DNA of 64,000 nt from Lobosporangium transversale (taxonomy: Eukaryota), in contig NW_019028979.1 of the NCBI RefSeq assembly GCF_002105155.1, forward strand, positions 744,001 through 808,000, in the 5' to 3' direction. Position numbers and translations under genes: made by a program. A model generated the notes under the pieces. The model worked only from the letters and a program-made list of their open reading frames with translations. It had not been told where the DNA came from and searched no databases. Below are positions 61,179 to 64,000 of the stretch, one piece after another. Position 1 is the stretch's first letter. Every line of letters starts with the position of its first letter.

Positions 61179-62144
61179 CATATTCATATGAGTACCTAAT
61201 CTTTTCTGAAGTTTCCAAGCAAAAAATGCTATTCACTAGTTTTTTTTTTTTTTTTTTTTTTAATAGTTCCTTCTGATAATTTACCTGCTCGAGAGTTGTA
61301 CAAGGCTCTTGGATCACCTGCCTTCATATTAAAATTGAACTGAAGTTCTGCTGGGAGGTTAAGTTGCCACTGAATGAGTTGCTGCTCACAGTTTTTGGGA
61401 AGACTGCCCGGGACCATATCCTGGACTTCTGCCGCATTGAAGACATATCGCTTGATGGTCCTGAATATCCTCCACAGTCGACAGATTTGAAACAAAAACA
61501 GTGTCTGGTTCGTCTCTGCTTCACTGTCCCCGTCCACAGGAGCGATCATTGGCACATCAATCTCTGTATCATCAATAATAGGTCGTCGTCCTGTTACACT
61601 GGAGGTGGAGCTATCTGCACCGTAAACACACCAAAAGAGTCGCTTACGAGCCTCTTGGACCTGCTTGTCCGAGATCCATCGATCGCATTTTCTGTGAAGA
61701 CCCAGATCAGAGGCCATATGAATCGCTTGTTGCATATAGCTATGTCCTAATCCCGAAATACGTGGGTAGCGTGATAACATGATCAATCCCTGAACAGTGG
61801 TGAGTCGAGGAATACCAATGCAATAATCCAGAACCATCCTTGCCCGCTCAAAGAACGGTGTGCCGAGTGTCTTTGGATCATTGGGTGTACTGAAACAAGA
61901 TGGGTGATTGCAATCTCCTGTTAATGATGTTGCCATGAACACTGCGTTGAGTAAAAAAATATTCTGTGGTTCAAACCGATCCTCCAGTGCTTGTAAAAGG
62001 GTTGCTTTTTGAATCATTGGTAAATATACATAGTAGTGCTTTCATATTGTGTATAAAAGAAGAGATTTGTTGTATAGAATAGTTAATTTGATGGTCATCG
62101 TTGTATTGTCTCTGTAACAAGTTGTTCCTTTCTTTCTTTCTTTT

Positions 62145-62178
<34 letters not shown>

Positions 62179-62547
62179 TGATAATAAATGTCAAATAAAA
62201 CATCAATCACTTCGATCGGTGGCAAGATCAGCGCTTCGGGTGGGATGTCGATATTATGTGCTTCATGTACATCAAATGAAATCTCTTCATCCCAGAATTG
62301 ATTCTGATCTGTTGAAGTAAATAGCATAGATCCTTTTCCGAAATAGACGGATGCATCAAATACTCTCAATTTGTCCATCGTCGCTGCAAGCTCACTCATC
62401 TCCTCTCCATCATCTCCATCGCTCTCTCCTTGCGTCTGATCTAAAGTGGATGAATGTGATGGTGTAATCGACGATGTTGGCGACTTTATGGACTGGGACG
62501 ACTTGACACATATAGACACAAATCAGGAAATAGAAGAGTAAAATAAA

Positions 62548-62583
<36 letters not shown>

Positions 62584-63450
62584 TTCTAGAATAGGTTGGA
62601 TTAACTTTGCTTACTTGATGATCTGGTGTGAAGAGTGGAAGGGGATCAGGCTCTTCCTTCAAAAATGGCAGTAATGGTGTTTCTATTCCTGTTGCTCCTG
62701 CTTTGCGTAATGATAACGTCGGCGTTGAGGCCGGATCAACGTTCTATAAAAAAAATAAAAAAAAAAAAATCCGAAGCATAGGATAAAGAGGATAACGAGA
62801 AAAAGGAAAAGGAAAGGAAAGGAAAGTGGAAAAGAGTAACAAGTCTTTAGTAACCATCAACAGTAGTTGACTGAAGAATACAAGAATCTATAATCCATGC
62901 ACCTGTATTGTATTACCATAGCTGGGGTGCCGAAATTACGATCCCATTGAGCATCGAAAAGAGACACTTTATCCAAGGGGGAGTTGACATCCATCCAACC
63001 ATCATCGCTTGCTGGAGGTATATCTATGGGTACGTTGGTGTTAATTCCTGCTCCTTTCATAACACGATTTGATTGCTTTCGCTTATTAGTAGTGGTAGTA
63101 GCTGTAGTTGGAGTAGTTGGAGTAGTAGTTGGAGTCGTAGTAGTAGCGGTGGTAGTAGTAGTGGTATCATGAGTGGTATTAGCAGCAGCAGCATCAGAGG
63201 TGGGTGATGATGATCCTTCTTCATTCTCCTGACCCGTGGGTATGACTTTACTCAATATCGATTCCATATGACTGATTCGTTCAGAATAAGTAGACTCAAT
63301 ATTTTCCAGGCGTGCTTCTAGAATTTCGACTCCAGGGTGCGGTTGCTTCTTACGTTTGGAAGCAGGGGTCTTTCCGAGTAAGAATGTGCATTCCATCAAT
63401 CCTGCATACAGACAAGGTCCACATGTTGGTCGTCCTTGATCACATTTTGT
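58760..63450 (-). CDS. Zn(II)2Cys6 fungal transcription factor with Fungal_trans (MHR) domain and Q/N-rich C-terminus; 5' exon beyond the window
   Basis: Exons 63450-62917, 62743-62615, 62501-62178, 62038-61285, 61137-58760. TKCDQGRPTCGPCLYAGLMECTF supplies Cys3-Cys6 of the binuclear cluster, followed by the LEARLENIE coiled coil and MHR motifs AIHMASDLGLHR, RKRLFWCVY and LILLHKPYL. The first CxxC was not found in the window. Confidence 0.93.
59735..59890 (-). repeat. CAA/CAG coding repeat (poly-glutamine tract, ~50 residues)
   Basis: Mixed CAA/CAG array in the last exon of the Zn2Cys6 gene. Confidence 0.9.
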
Positions 63451-64000
63451 CTATTTGAAAGAGGTATTATATAACAATGTTAATGTTAATGTTAATGTTA
63501 ATGTTTTTTTTTTTTTTTTTTCTAAAAACTAAGCTCTCAAGTTACAGATTCATAATTGACCAAGTCCGCAGCTACAGCCTTCAGTTATATTTTCTCTTTT
63601 CTTAAAAATGTATTTCAACTGCGGATATTGGCGTTGAGCATGAGCATAAATAAAATAAGGACACACAATACTTGTTACATGTACTACCAACACACGCCCC
63701 CCTCTCTCTCTCCTTCTTTCTCTCTCTCCATATACCGCGGGAGGATTTGCCGAAATGTGTAACGATGAAGAAACAAAATATCTCATCCATCCACACCTTT
63801 GGAGCAATTAGACAGAAAAATAAAAATCCATTTTTTCGCATCCTTTTCCGATTAGTCACAGCCTGATCGAAACTCAAAATTAACGGAATCAGTGCGATTT
63901 GTGGCTGTCCCTGTCTGTTTCTTTCGCCTGTTTATTCTTCCGCTCTGACAAGGAAGCATACAAACATGTAAACATGAATGCTTAAACATGATTAAGCCTT

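Noticed and set aside
63880..63965. Possible first Zn2Cys6 exon
   Set aside because: No CxxC followed by a phase-compatible donor in any minus-strand frame; the exon probably lies beyond 64000.
1..64000. Hundreds of 60-150 aa ORFs rich in poly-F, poly-K or poly-L
   Set aside because: They are translations of poly-T/poly-A runs and microsatellites, or antisense shadows of real genes, with no family motifs.

Overview
Eukaryotic, intron-rich fungal genomic DNA with extremely abundant long poly-A/poly-T runs. Gene content and style suggest an early-diverging fungus, probably Mortierellaceae (inference). Most short ORFs in the supplied track are homopolymer artefacts. Splicing by hand gives about 12 protein-coding genes. 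In order: the 3' part of a LAMTOR1/Ego1-like gene, a G-protein gamma subunit with a very long low-complexity N-terminus, a 705-aa orphan membrane protein, a p24/emp24 cargo receptor and an intact F-box/LRR(RNI)-like gene with two decayed tandem paralogs. One paralog is split by a 283-bp TIR element with a TA target-site duplication. Then come a NUDT8/Pcd1-like Nudix hydrolase, a secreted CAP/PR-1 protein, a stand-alone two-component receiver (REC) protein alone in a ~22-kb gene desert, an SDR, an Lte1-like RasGEF, Atg22, and a 5'-incomplete Zn2Cys6 transcription factor with a long Q/N-rich tail. The most interesting items are the single-domain response regulator (phosphodegron-like N-terminus, motif-rich flanks with recurrent GCGTCAATT and TCAATTGA), the MITE whose removal restores the paralog reading frame, the oversized G-gamma, poly-A-preceded 3' splice sites, and a candidate small spliced ORF. 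No rRNA, tRNA or CRISPR could be supported.
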